Below are positions 25,649 through 40,329 of a stretch of DNA of 64,000 nucleotides, piece by piece. The stretch is from Octopus vulgaris. Its lineage: Eukaryota. A model generated the notes under the pieces. The model did not search any database. It saw nothing but the letters and a program-made list of their open reading frames with translations, and was not told the origin of the DNA. Both the position numbers and the translations under genes were made by a program. The stretch is taken from NCBI GenBank assembly GCA_951406725.2, contig OX597819.1:71796001-71860000 (forward strand). The letters run 5' to 3'. The first letter of the stretch is position 1. Every line of letters begins with the position of its first letter.

Positions 25649-26150
25649 ACAAAATATATATTAAGTGAAAACTAAATACAATTATTTCAACTATATACCT
25701 TAAATCAAATTATTAATTAGTAAATTTATTTAATAAATATCCAAATAAAGTCTAATACCTATTAAGCAATTTATACTAAAAACCTTAATGTTAAGTAATA
25801 TATACAATGCTAGTACGAGCCATAAATACTGGAATCAAAAATAGGAAATGGTTCAAATATACACACACCCATTATATAAACTAACTATATTATTAATATA
25901 TATTTAGTATCTATTGATTTAATATTTCACTGAATAATATAGTTGACCAACATATCAATTAATATAAAACTAATTTACTTAAATGTAATACTATGTAATA
26001 AATATACAACCTAATTATTAAATGATGTATTGTCTAACAAAACTAATTCTGAAATTAAATTATATGTAATACGTTAAGTCCCTTTATAAAAATAATAATA
26101 AAGCATACTAAATCAATAGATATCATAACTAATAACTATCAAGAAACTAT
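25640..26150. other. Possible NUMT: partial mitochondrial tRNA-Glu plus control region
   Basis: Very AT-rich, G-poor, non-microsatellite block. Minus strand ~25705-25660 reads ..gtatatagttgaaataattgtatttag tt TTC ac ttaat, a tRNA-Glu-like D arm and anticodon arm. trnE abuts the control region in octopod mtDNA. Confidence 0.4.
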
Positions 26151-26438
26151 ATATATATAGTGTTTATTGAGCGAAAACACCTAAAGCTCCACGAGGCTCC
26201 GGCAGGGGGTGGTGGCGAACCCTGCTGTACTCTTTCGCCACAACTTTCTCTCACTCTTTCTTATGTTGGCCTGCTCGCTTAGCCAGCGGGGTGGCGTCAT
26301 TTGAAGGCTAAAACAATGCGAAGCGCATTGTGACCAGCTACGTGTAGCAACATCTGATGAACAAAGATAAAAACCAAGCAATCTTTTTCTTTTTTGTTTT
26401 TTTTTACCAAATCTGCGATATACATACATATATACATA

Positions 26439-26542
<104 letters not shown>

Positions 26543-26832
26543 ATGTAGGCAGCAGTTTAACAATATTTTGCCAAAACGGAAAGCTATGATATGACTGAGG
26601 GTGTTTGAACAAGTACAATACTAGAAATTAGAGCTAAATCGCTCTAATGCTTCAGTCAAACCACATAGTTGTATATGTATATATATATACAGATAGATAA
26701 ATATATATATATAGAGAGAGAGAGATAGATAGATAGATAGATAGATAGATACATACATACATACATACATACATACATACATACATACATACATACATAC
26801 ATACCTTTCATACATACATACATTACATTACA

Positions 26833-26863
<31 letters not shown>

Positions 26864-27102
26864 CATACATACATACATACATACAAACAAACAAACATAT
26901 ATAATATATGCATGTATATATTGGTTGTTGGCAAGCAGGCTACTTACCACACAGCCACTGTGTGGTAAGTAGCCTGCTGTGTGGTAAGTAGACTGGTTCA
27001 GTCCCACTGCGTGGTAGTGTATGCAAGTGCCTTCTACTAAAGCCTCGAGCCGACCAATGCCTTGTGAGTGGATTTAGTAGAGGAAAATTAAAAGAACCCC
27101 TC

Positions 27103-27168
<66 letters not shown>

Positions 27169-27699
27169 GGATGCTGGGGGTACGTATATGTTTGTGTATC
27201 TGTGTTTCTCTCCGTAACTAGCGGTTCGGCAAAAGAGACCGACAGAATAAGTACTAGGCTTACAAAGAAATAAATCCAGGGGTCGATTTGTTCGACTAAA
27301 GGCAGTGTTCTAGTATGGCCGCAGTCAAATGACTGAAACGTATAAAAGAATAAAAGAATAAATGCATCAAACATATTAAAAATATATAGATATATGAAAA
27401 TGCATAGAGTAATCTATACATTAGAAAAATACATCTAAAAATATATGAATATATATGAATTTAGAATATATTGAAAAAATATATACCTCTATATGTCGGC
27501 TTACAGATTATAAAACGAAGTTATAAAAAACGTTAAGAGTCTATAAGATAAAAAATTTCGGTGTTACTAATCCAGTTAATAATCCTACGGCCGTTTCTGG
27601 GACCTCGGTTGTCCTGTCATAAAAAAAAAGATATGTATATATTTCATTCAGGAAAATCCGCGTAACAAACTCAAGCATCCTCTCCAACCGAACATGCTT

Positions 27700-28303
27700 T
27701 AGTTTTTCTCAGACGAGAAAAATTTCTGACAGGATCAAGATGGCGAACAAACAGAACAACCGTTGACGTGCCGTGTCCCCAAAACATGTACCGAGAGTGA
27801 TAATATCAAACATCCATTCAACATTATCTTGTTTGGAGCGATCACTAGTGATGGTGACGTAATGCATCCATTCATCTTCCCACACGGCCTCACATTCACT
27901 CAACAGAGTAGCCTACGTCAAATGTCTGGAGGAGGTAGTACTGCTCTGGACTTAGAGGGTAGCTGCTGGAAGACCCTTGCAACTCCCTTGATTATCAAGT
28001 ATGGGGCGCAGTTGAGCGAGAGATCAACAAAATTCCTTGTAACACCAAAGATTAACTGAAGACAAGGATTATGGCAAGATTCACTAACTTAAACAAGGAG
28101 CCCGTCCAGAAGAGTTGCAGGGCATTCGGAAGTTTTCTGGAGGCCGTGATTGAAGCCAATGGCGATTTTATTGAACAAATTTACTGTTTAGCATTTCAAA
28201 ACATTTTTATGTAATTTTGGTAAATATATCTGTTAAAAAGAGATGTTAGTGTTACTTTCAATTTTGTTCAATTTAGACGACAATTTATTCACCGCACCCT
28301 GTG
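27700..28303 (+). mobile_element. Second maT/DD37D fragment (3' half with right TIR)
   Basis: Homologous to 23430-24084. Encodes CNSLDYQVWG and ends gacgacaatttattcaccgcaccctgtg. Confidence 0.85.
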
Positions 28304-29103
28304 AATATATACGTATACATACATTCACACACACACATGCACACATATATATATGTATGCATGTATGTATGTACGTATATATATATATATACACACACAC
28401 ATATATATATATATATGCATATACAAATATTTAAATCTACATATAAATACATTTTTTCAGTCCTTTCTTACTATTTTTTCGTGTTTGTGTGGGTGTGTGT
28501 GTGTGTTCAGTTGCGCCACAGGGAAAAAGAAAGAGAAAAGCGAGAAAAGAAAGAAAAAGGAAAAAGAATGAACGAATTTGCAAATTGTATAAATAAGTTA
28601 TTGCCGAGACACAACACTGAGTATGTTACGATATTGAAAATAATATTTTTTTTTAAATAATCAATAAATATATAAAAAAAACAAACCCATATGAGAAATC
28701 ATAATGATTACATAGACGATAACAGAAAAAAACTGGAGGACAAAGTACGAATAGATAATATGAGTGAAATTTCGACTCGAACAGACTTGCTTTGTAGGAA
28801 GGGGAGGAGAGTAGACAAAAATTCCAAAGCAAAATTCAAAGAAGCAGACACTCTTCGACAGCAGTCGACTGAGCTCCACTGTGGTTTCGACACTAGTTCA
28901 CCATGCCTGCCGCGATAAGAAGCAGGCGACAAAGAACAAACAGGGAATGTAGATAGCTCTTTATCTCGGGTCAGATGTAAGTATGCAAGAAGTAACGTTA
29001 ATAGGAAAATTATTTGACAATTTGACAAGGGCAAAGTCTCAAACACACAACAATGTGGTGATACATGTGTGTGTGTGTGTGTGTGCATATATATATATAT
29101 ATA

Positions 29104-31060
29104 TCAAGAAACTCCTAAGCATTCTATCTACATACTTTGACGAGTTCATATTTCGGTTCTCTACTGCAAAATAGAATACACCACTGAATACAATGGTCTA
29201 GAAAAAGGGATTGCAAAGCCTTGTGCCATCTCTCCAATCTTCTTTGTAAAGGTTATGGAGGTCATATTGGGTGGGCTTAAAGCCTGGGCACAGGTTCAAC
29301 CAAGGAGAAGTAAAACTGAGGGCGTTCATGGATGATCGCACCATTGTGCATGATAATATCAACGGTGCCAAAGACGTTTTGAATAGATTTCTGAACTGAT
29401 CAGCTGGAGTCAGATGGCCGTTAAACCGAAGAAGATTCAGATCTCTTTCACTGAATGGTGGATCGCTCGGGAATTTGGTCTTCAGCATCAGTGGAAAGCA
29501 AATACCAAGTGTTCGTGAGCAAAGTGTCAAAAGCCTGGGAAGATGGTACAGTTTTCCCTTTACAGACAGGCATCGAGGTGTTGAACTGCAGAAGCAGGCA
29601 GAGACAGCACTAAAAAGCATTGATCAAACAAGTTTGCCAGGGAAGTTCAAGGTGTGGTGCATGCATTTTGGGTTTCTCCCAAGACTGCCGTGGCCCATAA
29701 CTCTGTATGAAGTTTCTCTAACAAGGATTGAAATAATTGAACATAAGATCAATAAGATGGTAAGAAGTGGCTTGGCCTTTCGAAGTGCCTTTCATCTGTC
29801 ACCCTTTATGGCAACCAGGGTATGCTTCAGTTGCCCCTGACGTCACTAGTGGAGGAGTGCAAGGTTTCTAAGGTGCGGCTGCAATCGATGATGTCTGAGT
29901 CAAGGGACACTGTGATCCAGGACAATCCACAAGATTAGAACACTGATAGGAAATGGAAGGTCACTGAGGCGATGCAGTAGCTTGGTGAAGTGCGTGGAGT
30001 GATGATAGACGGCAGGGCTGGTTTGGGGGCTTGTCAAGGGAGAGCGGTTCTGGTCTGAGTCAAGTGAACAAGAACAGCGGAAGCTACGTGAACAACACGT
30101 AAGGCAGATGGAAAATGAGAGGCGTCTGGGTCACGCAGCGCAACAAGCACAGCAGGGTCAGTGACTGAATTGGGATGATGTCGAAAAGCTGGAGTTGAAG
30201 TGGTCTGATTGGTTGCGGTTGAGTGCAGGGCATTTGAAAGCTCTGATCTAGACTGCGTATGATATGCATCCGTCTCCAGCAAATCTTAAAAAATCGGGTG
30301 TCCAAGAGAGCCCACTTGTGTGGGAAGTATGGCAGCCTCAGAAGCATGCTGTCAGCTTGCCCTAAAGCAGTTCAGCCTGGATGGTATACCTTTAAACATA
30401 ATTTAGTACTAAACGTTGTTACTTCAGCTACAAGAGAGGGTCAAGTGCCAGAAACGAGCTTGCGCAAGACAGCATTTGTGAAGCAAGCTGTGAGGCCAAA
30501 GAGACGGAAACCTCGGCAGGCCGAAGACAGAAAGTAGGTGTTCGTAGACAAGCCCTTGCCTAAAAGTATTATTGTGTCAGCACACCGGCCCGACCCGGTT
30601 TTGGTGGATTAGGGTCAGAGATGTGTGGTCCTCGGGGAGCTTACGGTGCCATGGGAAATGAGCATTACTGAGGCCCATGAGCGGAAGTTGTTGGGCTATG
30701 AAGAGCTGGTAGCTGAGATTCGGGAGAAGGGTTACATCTATGAGCTGGTTGCGTTCGAGGTCGGCTGCAGGAGTTTCCCAGCAACTTCTCTCAGAAAGTT
30801 TCTGAAGGTAGCTGGTGTGTCTGCTGTGAGGAAGACCATCAAGGAATGTGGGGAGAAAGAAGCTTAGAGTAGTGCTTACCAGGAGGTTTGTGAATGCGGA
30901 TAAGGCCACAGAGATGTCATGAGTCCGGTTGCAACGCAATACGTCCAGCTGTGGCGGGTCCACCGTGTGGAGAGATACTGAACTTGATGGGCCGAAATCT
31001 TTTCGAAGCACGGCGTTCAGTTGAGGATTGCAGTCGGACCAGAAAGGGAGCACTCTGTGT
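29104..31060 (+). mobile_element. 5'-truncated, decayed HERO-like RLE non-LTR retrotransposon
   Basis: LEKGIAKPCAISPIFF..LRAFMDD (RT), IPSVREQSVKSLGRWY, LPGKFKVWC, decayed CCHC LCGKYGSLRSMLSACP, and RPD..ELTVPWE..EVGCR (restriction-like endonuclease). Many stops and frameshifts. Confidence 0.88.
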
Positions 31061-31098
31061 TTTCTTCTACTACATAAATAAATATATATATATATATT

Positions 31099-31159
<61 letters not shown>

Positions 31160-31186
31160 GGATGGATGGATGGATGGATGGATAGA

Positions 31187-31276
<90 letters not shown>

Positions 31277-31313
31277 GGATAGATGGATAGATAGATAGAT
31301 AGATGGATAGATG

Positions 31314-31371
<58 letters not shown>

Positions 31372-31372
31372 G

Positions 31373-31445
<73 letters not shown>

Positions 31446-31701
31446 TAAATATAGGTGCAGGCGTGGCTCTGTGGCAAGAAGCTTGCTTCCCAGCCACATG
31501 ATTCCCCTGTTCGAAGGTTGTAATGGACGCAGGCTCGTGTGTCATATAGCTAGCCAGAGGCGATGGCCTCTTGGGGCTAATCAGCGACAGCTTTAGTCTT
31601 ATATTCATAGACTACCATATTAGTTTTGCGATAACTATTAATATCCAGTAACGCTGCCGTAATCTCCTTTAGAGAGACTTAGTAATTTTAATATTTCTAT
31701 T

Positions 31702-31825
<124 letters not shown>

Positions 31826-33937
31826 TGTATAAAACATTGCGTTCAGATTTGTGTTAGACATTTTGTACACTCACTTTTCATAAAATATTTCTATATTTCA
31901 ACTAAAAATAGCCTTCTCTATATAGCATTGTAAAATTTTTTCACTTAGGATATTCTCCAGAATTGTTTCCCTTTTCAATATGGATCTGCTCTGAAATATT
32001 GTGCTAGTGACTTACGACTTCCTCGCTTTGTGAAGAAATAATCTTATCTATATCTCCTTTCATACAAATGCCTTGATAAGCAATCCAGTCGTAATTCAGT
32101 TTTAATTCTGTTCCTTTCTACCCTCTCGACTTCTTTTACAAGACGACTCTATTGATAATGAGAAAAGTAGAAAAAAAGAAACCCTCAACGGCTCACATGT
32201 TAGCTTTCTTCTGTAAATACTTTTGTGGAAGATTTCTCTTTTAGTTTGCCTTCGAAACATCAGATTGGTTTTGTAGTTGTCTTTCAGACTCTACCTGATA
32301 TCATTCATTGAAATTTTTCCACAAGAATGAAACAGGCAAAGCTATGAATGGATTTTTTTTAAAAAAACCTTTCCTAGAAAAATTCCTCCTAATTCAGAGA
32401 TCAGGGCTGTGGCTTAATGAGCGAAGAATCGACAACTTGTTTATGCTTAATGTTGTGTATCTCTCCAAAGCATTTCCATTTCAATGCTTCCGTTCTCTTA
32501 CCTCTAAAGGAACGGTGAAGTCGCTTTTATTATCTCATTATATCGGACAGTCTGACCTGGCCGTTCTGTATCATATAAATGTGTTTATTTCCATCTCTCG
32601 TCTCAGAATCTCTCATTTAGAGACTAACTGGTTTAATGATCCGAAGGGTTAAGTGAAGCAATACTAATAAATACGTAGTTTTACCGAAAGGCATTCAGTC
32701 CGATTGATCCAACACCCAGAATTACAAGATTAATGGCTGCAACATGAGAAAAACAAAGCCGGACACAAATTTTTGAACATTTCTCCGAAAAAAATTTAAA
32801 ATAAACTTGTGTTATGCTTTTATTATTTTACTTGTTTCAGTCATTTAACTGCAGCCAGGCTGGAGTACTGCATTTAGTCGAGCAAATCGACCCCAGAGGT
32901 TATTCTTTGTAAGCCTAGTACTTATTCTCTTCTACTGAACCGCTAAGTTGCAGGGACGTAAACACGCCAGCATCGATTGTCAAGTGATGCTGGGGGGACA
33001 AACAGACACAAACACATACACACACACATATACATATATATGCATATACGACGGGATTCTTCCAGTTTCCGTCTACCAAATACACTAACAAGGCTTTGGT
33101 CGGCCCAAAGCTATAGCAGAAGACACTTGCCCAACGTGCCACGCAGTGGGACTGAACTCGGGATCATGTGGTTGGTAAGCAAGCTACTTACCACAGCTAA
33201 TAGTTAGTTGGAGAATGAACCTGTTCAATGCAATTTTCATAATCGGAATCATTTCCAAATTCTTTGTCTATAAATACTCTATTCATGGCTTCAAGAGCTT
33301 TGGAAATCCAAACTGTTTATCTAGTTATGTACCTGTTAATCTGTTTATCCAACAACCTAAACTTATACGTATGTATGTTATATAGTATGTACGTATTTGT
33401 GTGTCAAAAACGTTTTTCATCGTGACTGACATGCGATTCTCCTATCGAAGTTCTCTTACAGGCTTCGCTAATCTCTTATCTCCTATATCGATAACGTTCA
33501 GTCAAAAGGTATTATCACTCTGTTTTGTTGACAGAGATCGTTCTTCCTGGGACTCGACTCCTCACGGCCGGTTAGACTCATCTCACTTCCATCCAGCCAT
33601 TCTTCACACTTACATACTCTCATCACCTTTGTTGAATTTGTTGCATGAAGTTGAATTTCTTGCATGACGTGGCGTTGAAAGCAGAGTTAGTACAGAAACA
33701 ATTGTAACTCGTCATTAAAGATGAGATAAACTCATTTTTTTTAAATCTTATTCTGAGCATATTTTACCCTTCGCTAAACCCACACAACGGTATCACCGTT
33801 GTGACACCTGGATTTTCATCACCTGAAGAATTTCGATCTTACGGAAGACTATAATCCGTAAAGCTCAAATTGAATGCTGCATTGGAAATACTCCATTTTC
33901 TACCCTCCGTAAACATATATATATATAAATATATATG

Positions 33938-33996
<59 letters not shown>

Positions 33997-34023
33997 GGAG
34001 AAAATGAGAGGGGATAGATAGAT

Positions 34024-34103
<80 letters not shown>

Positions 34104-34728
34104 CAGACGTGTGTGTGCGTATATATAAATATATATATATATATATAGTGTCGTTCTCAATGTATTTCATCAAAGGCAAATGTAATTTATTAATTTTACG
34201 TGTTTCTAGATTTCTGTATCTATTTGTAAATATATTGGAAATAAATTATATAAATATATCATTACAAATTCTAAAATGCATAAATGTATTATCGGAATTC
34301 AGAATTTAATTATTAGCTAAGAATAGAATACCGAAGCGAAATAAATATAAATTAGCATTAGAAACGTTTATATTCAAAAAGCCTGAACCGGTCATAGCTC
34401 ACTCACTAATGCGAAATCGTTCTCTGCTGTATAATACTGGACTTAAAAAGGTTTGATATTTAATCTTATTCCTTAACTCTTTCTACAAATATCGTGATTG
34501 AAGAAATGCAAAAATCACGTTGTAGTACAGAATTGTATCAGTATATATGTAAATATATGCATGCAGATATACATAAATACACACACTCACGCACACATGC
34601 ACACACGCACACACGCACACACGCACACACATCGTCTATATAGATAGATACATATATACATACATATATACATGAAAATTTATATGTATGCATGTTTACG
34701 TACAAGTTTGTGTATGTGCTTATTTACA

Positions 34729-34765
<37 letters not shown>

Positions 34766-34794
34766 TATTCATTTATATGTAAATACTTACATGC

Positions 34795-34854
<60 letters not shown>

Positions 34855-34855
34855 G

Positions 34856-34969
<114 letters not shown>

Positions 34970-35496
34970 TAAAGCATGTGTACATATGTATGCTATGCAA
35001 CGTGTGCAAACTTAAAGATTCAAACGTTGATACGTAGAAAGAAGGAAAATATTGAAAATAGCTCCTGATATTGTAAGCAACGTATTCTATAGCTGTAATT
35101 ACGTATTTACTTATTTATTTACTAGGATTAAGGAATTTAAGGTCATTATTGAAGATTGAATGAATGACACCATGTTATTTAGAAAGGGAGGCATGCAACA
35201 TGTTATTGGATTGTAACAATATGCTTACTTACCTTCATCACCTTAAAACGCGCTCTAACACACACACACATACACTCACACATACAAACGTACTTACACA
35301 AAATCATAGATATACATTCGCATACATATATTTGTAGACATAAAACATGTGATATAACTTGAATGTTTAGCATATACGACTGATGCGATAAAAAACGTAC
35401 CATGATATTTGGAACATCATGTGAAATTATGTTTTTCCAGACTGGACAAAGATTTACAAATCTAAAGTGTATGTATGTACGTATGTATATGTGCGT

Positions 35497-35537
<41 letters not shown>

Positions 35538-36913
35538 GTACATACATTTATATAGATATTTATATAAATGCTTACATACACAGGCGCGTGGGTGATTGTG
35601 GGGTAAGGGACATCATCCCAAACACGTGATTCAAGGTTCAGTCCCACTTCGTGGCACTTAGGCAAGTTTCTTCTACGATAGCTTCGGAGCCTATTGAGTA
35701 GATCTGGTGGACGGAAACTAAAAGAAGCCCAACGTATATACATACATGTGTGTGCATGTGTGTGTGTGTGTGTCATTGTTTTAGTGTTTGTTCCCCATCA
35801 CTCTTTGTCAACCGGTATTGATGTGTTTACGTCCCTGTGAGTTAGCAGTTCAGAGAAGTATCAGGCTTTAAAGAATAAAAAGCACTGGGACCGATTCTTT
35901 CGAACAAATCCTTCAAGGCGATGCTCCAGTATGGCCACAGTCAAATGATTGAAATAAGTAAAAAGATAAGTTCTGAGATTCTTAAGAGCAGTCATCCGGT
36001 TTCAATGGCGTGAAAATGACCGAGATGACAGCTTTTCTCCTCTGTATGGGACGCCGGTTTATTGCAGGGTGTACTCATTTACGGCTGAGTGGACTGGAGT
36101 AATGTGAAATAAAGTGGTGGAAGTGTAGGTGGCGGTGGGGGCCGTGATGTCGGCGGTAGTATTGTGGTGACTGCCGTGGTGGTGGTGGGGGTGGGGGTGG
36201 TGGTGGTGGTGGCGGCGACCGCGTCGGTGCTGGTGGTGGTACTGGAGGTGATGGTGGCAGCGGCGGTGGTGGTAATGGCGACGGTGATGGTGGTGGTGGC
36301 GGTAGGGATGGTAGTGGTGGTGGTGGTAGTGGTGGTGCAGGTGCTGGCGCTGGTGGTGTGGTGATGGTGGCGGTGGTGGTTGTGTGGTGACTGCCGTGGC
36401 GTGGTTACTGCCGTGGTGGTGGTGGTGCTGGTGTGGTGCTGGTGGTGGGAGTGCTGGTAGTGCTGGTGCTGGTGGTGGTGCAGGCGATAGTGGTGTTGGT
36501 GGTGCTGGTGGCGGCGGCGGTGGTGGTGATGGCGGTGCTACTGCTGCTGCTTCTGCTGAGTCTGGTGCATCCCTTGTTGCTTACTTCTGTTATTGTTGTT
36601 CTTGTCGTTTAAGTTGCTGCTATTGCTAACTGCGGGACAGACTCGACACCACGATATGATATGGCGGATGTTGTTCTATTAGTTCGGTATTTTGTTGTAG
36701 TATTATGGCAATAGGACTCGTTTTTGTTGCTGTTATTGGTGGTGCTGCTGATGCCGCTGTTGTTGTTATGGTTGTTGTCCTTGTTGTTGCTGCTGTATCC
36801 CACGTCGCATCAGCTATGGTCTACCATTTTAGTCTTTATACTTTGAAATCATCGTTCATTGACTAAAATGAAACTCACAGCTAGCTCTTTCCACCGCTAA
36901 AAAATCACTTACC

Positions 36914-36969
<56 letters not shown>

Positions 36970-36988
36970 TACACACACACACGCACAC

Positions 36989-37033
<45 letters not shown>

Positions 37034-37060
37034 GTCTCAGTCTTAAAATATATATATATG

Positions 37061-37104
<44 letters not shown>

Positions 37105-37894
37105 TCTCCCCACCTCGTTAGCAGTTAAAGAAGCCGCCATCTTTTAAATTTATGTTTTCGAAAACAAAAACTTTCAGAATTTTATTCAAATCTTTGCTCG
37201 AAAAGGGCAAGAAACAAGAGCGCTAACTAACCTGTAGGGGTCTTGTTTAGCGGAACAAAAGCTATATAACAAATATTGACATTGAAAATGTGTCTCGATA
37301 TAGAAATAAACGAAATTATTTGCGCAAAGCACTCAAGTACATAGTGTTAGTACAACGAACAACAACCACAAACACAAAAACAACAATAATAAGGACGATA
37401 TTTTCAAAATTTTGGCACAAGGCTTTCAGTTTTTGCGGGAAGGAGTGGTAATTATTTTATCGACCGCGAGAGAATGAAAGACAAAGTAAACCTCGGTGGA
37501 ATTAAAACTCAGAACGTAAAGACGGACGAAATGCTGCCAAGTATTTCATCAAAAATGATAAAAGACGAAAGGCAAAGTTGATCTAAGGATTTGTTAAAAA
37601 ATTTTATAACCACCAGAAGGCTTTTTTAAAATAAACATACCTTTTTCATATTTTCAACGCTGACATAGTCTTGCATGTTGAGGACGAAAATTACGTTCAT
37701 TTCTTCAGGAGATTAATAATGAAAATGTCACAAGCCTCTAATTCTAGCCAATCGGAAGGGTTCGTTATTGACTTACTGAAAGTTGTAGCGACTTGCGGCG
37801 GGTATACTACCACGTTCTTGAGATACCAGACAGCCAATTGATGCAAAGGGCGATTCAGTGTGGATCCCATCTTGCAAATTCCCCGTTCTATTGT

Positions 37895-38095
37895 TCCCGG
37901 TAGTTTTTGATATCGAATGCACTCTTTCGGTGTGTTACGATCCCGTATAGGTACAGCATAAAGAAATACCTCTCGTTTTTCGCGACTCACACTGCCGAAG
38001 ACTGACTGTTTAGGTAACATTCTCCTCAAAAGCAATCTTATCGGTCTCGATTTCAACAATTCAAAAGTGGGCCCCTGATCTTTAACGGGTCACAG
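37895..38095 (-). pseudogene. Merlin transposase fragment
   Basis: RMLPKQSVFGSVSREKREVFLYAVPIRDRNTPKECIRYQKLPGT is homologous to 20570-20700. Confidence 0.75.
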
Positions 38096-38129
38096 CATAA
38101 ATCCTCCATTTATACCTCACGTAAGTAAC

Positions 38130-38595
38130 TGTTGATATTATTTACGATGGATAGAGAGGTGTCCTCACCTTGTTTGTTGTTATCACAACGTTTAGGCTGA
38201 TATACCCACCAGCCTTCATCAAGTGTTCTGGTGGAATTTCGAACCCAACCCTTTATTTGACTAATGGGGACACTGCTCTCATACCTAAGATATGTTATTG
38301 ATGTTATTTTTCGGTTGATATTAATTTTCAAGTCCCTACCAGGAATTGAACTTAGAATCCGTGGGTTAAAAAATGATATCAACGAGAAAATAACATCAAC
38401 AACATACCTTCGGAATGAGAACAGAGTACCCCAACAGTCAAATAAAGGATCGGGTTTGAAATTCCCACAGAACATTTGATGAAGGCTGGAGAGTACATCA
38501 GCCGAAACGTTGTGGTAACAACAAAAAAGATGAGGGTACCTCTCCATCCACTGTAAACAATGTACATAAATCCTCATCTCTAAAATATAGAAAAA
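38130..38595. mobile_element. Inverted pair of family A Penelope pLTRs, each with a hammerhead (38184-38227 minus; 38471-38516 plus)
   Basis: 38130-38320 and 38380-38595 are reverse complements, and both match 905-1090. The plus copy reads aacau UUGAUGA A GGCUG-gagaguacau-CAGCC GAAA CG UU gug. Confidence 0.8.
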
Positions 38596-39430
38596 ATATA
38601 TAACAATAAGTGTTGAAATCAACAGCCGTTATGCAGCTGTTTTCTTCTTTATGAAAAAAAAATCTAGTCAATGCACAGTTCCTTCGGCCATGAATACGAA
38701 ACCAGAAGTGTATTAATGTTGTTCCATTGGAAACAGACAATTGCTGGCACGCACACGCGTACCCATCCGAAAAATAAAGACGTTTTCCCTTCTTTTTTTC
38801 AGCGTCCCTGTTTTACCTAATGGTAGCTAACCTGTGTAGGTTTGTTTGCGGTCGCGTGACATAGCGGTTCGGCAAATTAGCTTCTCTAGAATAAATACCA
38901 TAGCTTAAAAATTGTTCGACTCCCTCAGTAGAGTTGTGTTCTAGCATGAGAAAAAACTAGTAAAATAGGAGAAAGAATAAACGAACCGAAAATCGTGTCT
39001 TCTGTATAATTTTAGAATAGAATGACAATATAAAGGTAACCTTTGTTCAAATATTCTATAGATATTCCGCTAAAATAGGTTTCGGTATATCTGTTATTAT
39101 GTTGATGAAAAAACATTGAAATTTCCCCCAATCGGACGACACATATAAAATCAAACTAAATAGCAGAACCAAATAAAAATTGCGAAAATATTATCAAGTC
39201 AATCATTCAAGATAAGGATGGCGGAGGAGAATATATGTGTGTATGTGTGATGGTGGGGGAAAAGTGTAAGGGCGGAGGGAAAACATTAACAAATTCAATT
39301 TTATATTTCGGCTGAAATAATAGTATTATAATGCATATTGTGTTAGTAATGGCGTTATTAAATGGAAATGCCAAGAATAGCAATGCTGAATCGTAGAGCG
39401 CAACAATATCACCAACAACTTTCTCAATCA

Positions 39431-39475
<45 letters not shown>

Positions 39476-39550
39476 CATTATAGTTGTTGTTGTTAGTGGT
39501 GGTATTGGTGTTGTTGTTGTTGTTGTTGTTGTTGTCGTTGTTATTGTTGC

Positions 39551-39638
<88 letters not shown>

Positions 39639-40050
39639 GCTGTTGTTGTTGTTGTCATTGTTGTTGTTGTTGTTGTTGCTTTGCTATTGTTATTATTATT
39701 TTCTTCTGTGGTTGTAGAAATGTCCCGAACATCGTCGTTCTTAGCGGTAGCACCGACAGCAACTATACCAGCAGCAAGATGTTGCCTTCATCGCCGCTGG
39801 CTTATGAACTCATACACACACACATATATATATACACACACACACACACAGAAACACATATATTATATGTATGTGTGTATTTATATTCATACATTCATAT
39901 ACACAAAAGGATATATTCTTTATACATATTTATAAATCAGGAAAACGTTTGGATGAACATATTTGTATAATGGAGCGAATATATTAATATATACATACAA
40001 ACATACACACACACACATATATACATAGATACATACACACACACACATAC

Positions 40051-40081
<31 letters not shown>

Positions 40082-40329
40082 TTCACGGACAGAGACGGAG
40101 GAGCTTGTATATGCGTGTATGTCTGTGTGATAAATGTATACATTGGTATGTGCATATGTACACATGCAAATCTGTCTGTGTGCATACCTGTCTATATCTG
40201 TGTGCATTTATGATTGCGTGCACGCCCCCCACACACACATACATACACACACACACACACACAGTTACATACACACACACATACACATATATATAATTTA
40301 TCGCCTGTATTACAGAATAGCGAGAAGCA

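Noticed and set aside
30577-31608. 343-aa minus-strand ORF
   Set aside because: It is a (TATC)n tract plus the antisense of the HERO endonuclease region.
36110-36800. Gly/Val/Thr-rich coding exon
   Set aside because: Degenerate (GGT)/(GTT) low-complexity tract, with stops in the frames and no convincing splice sites.
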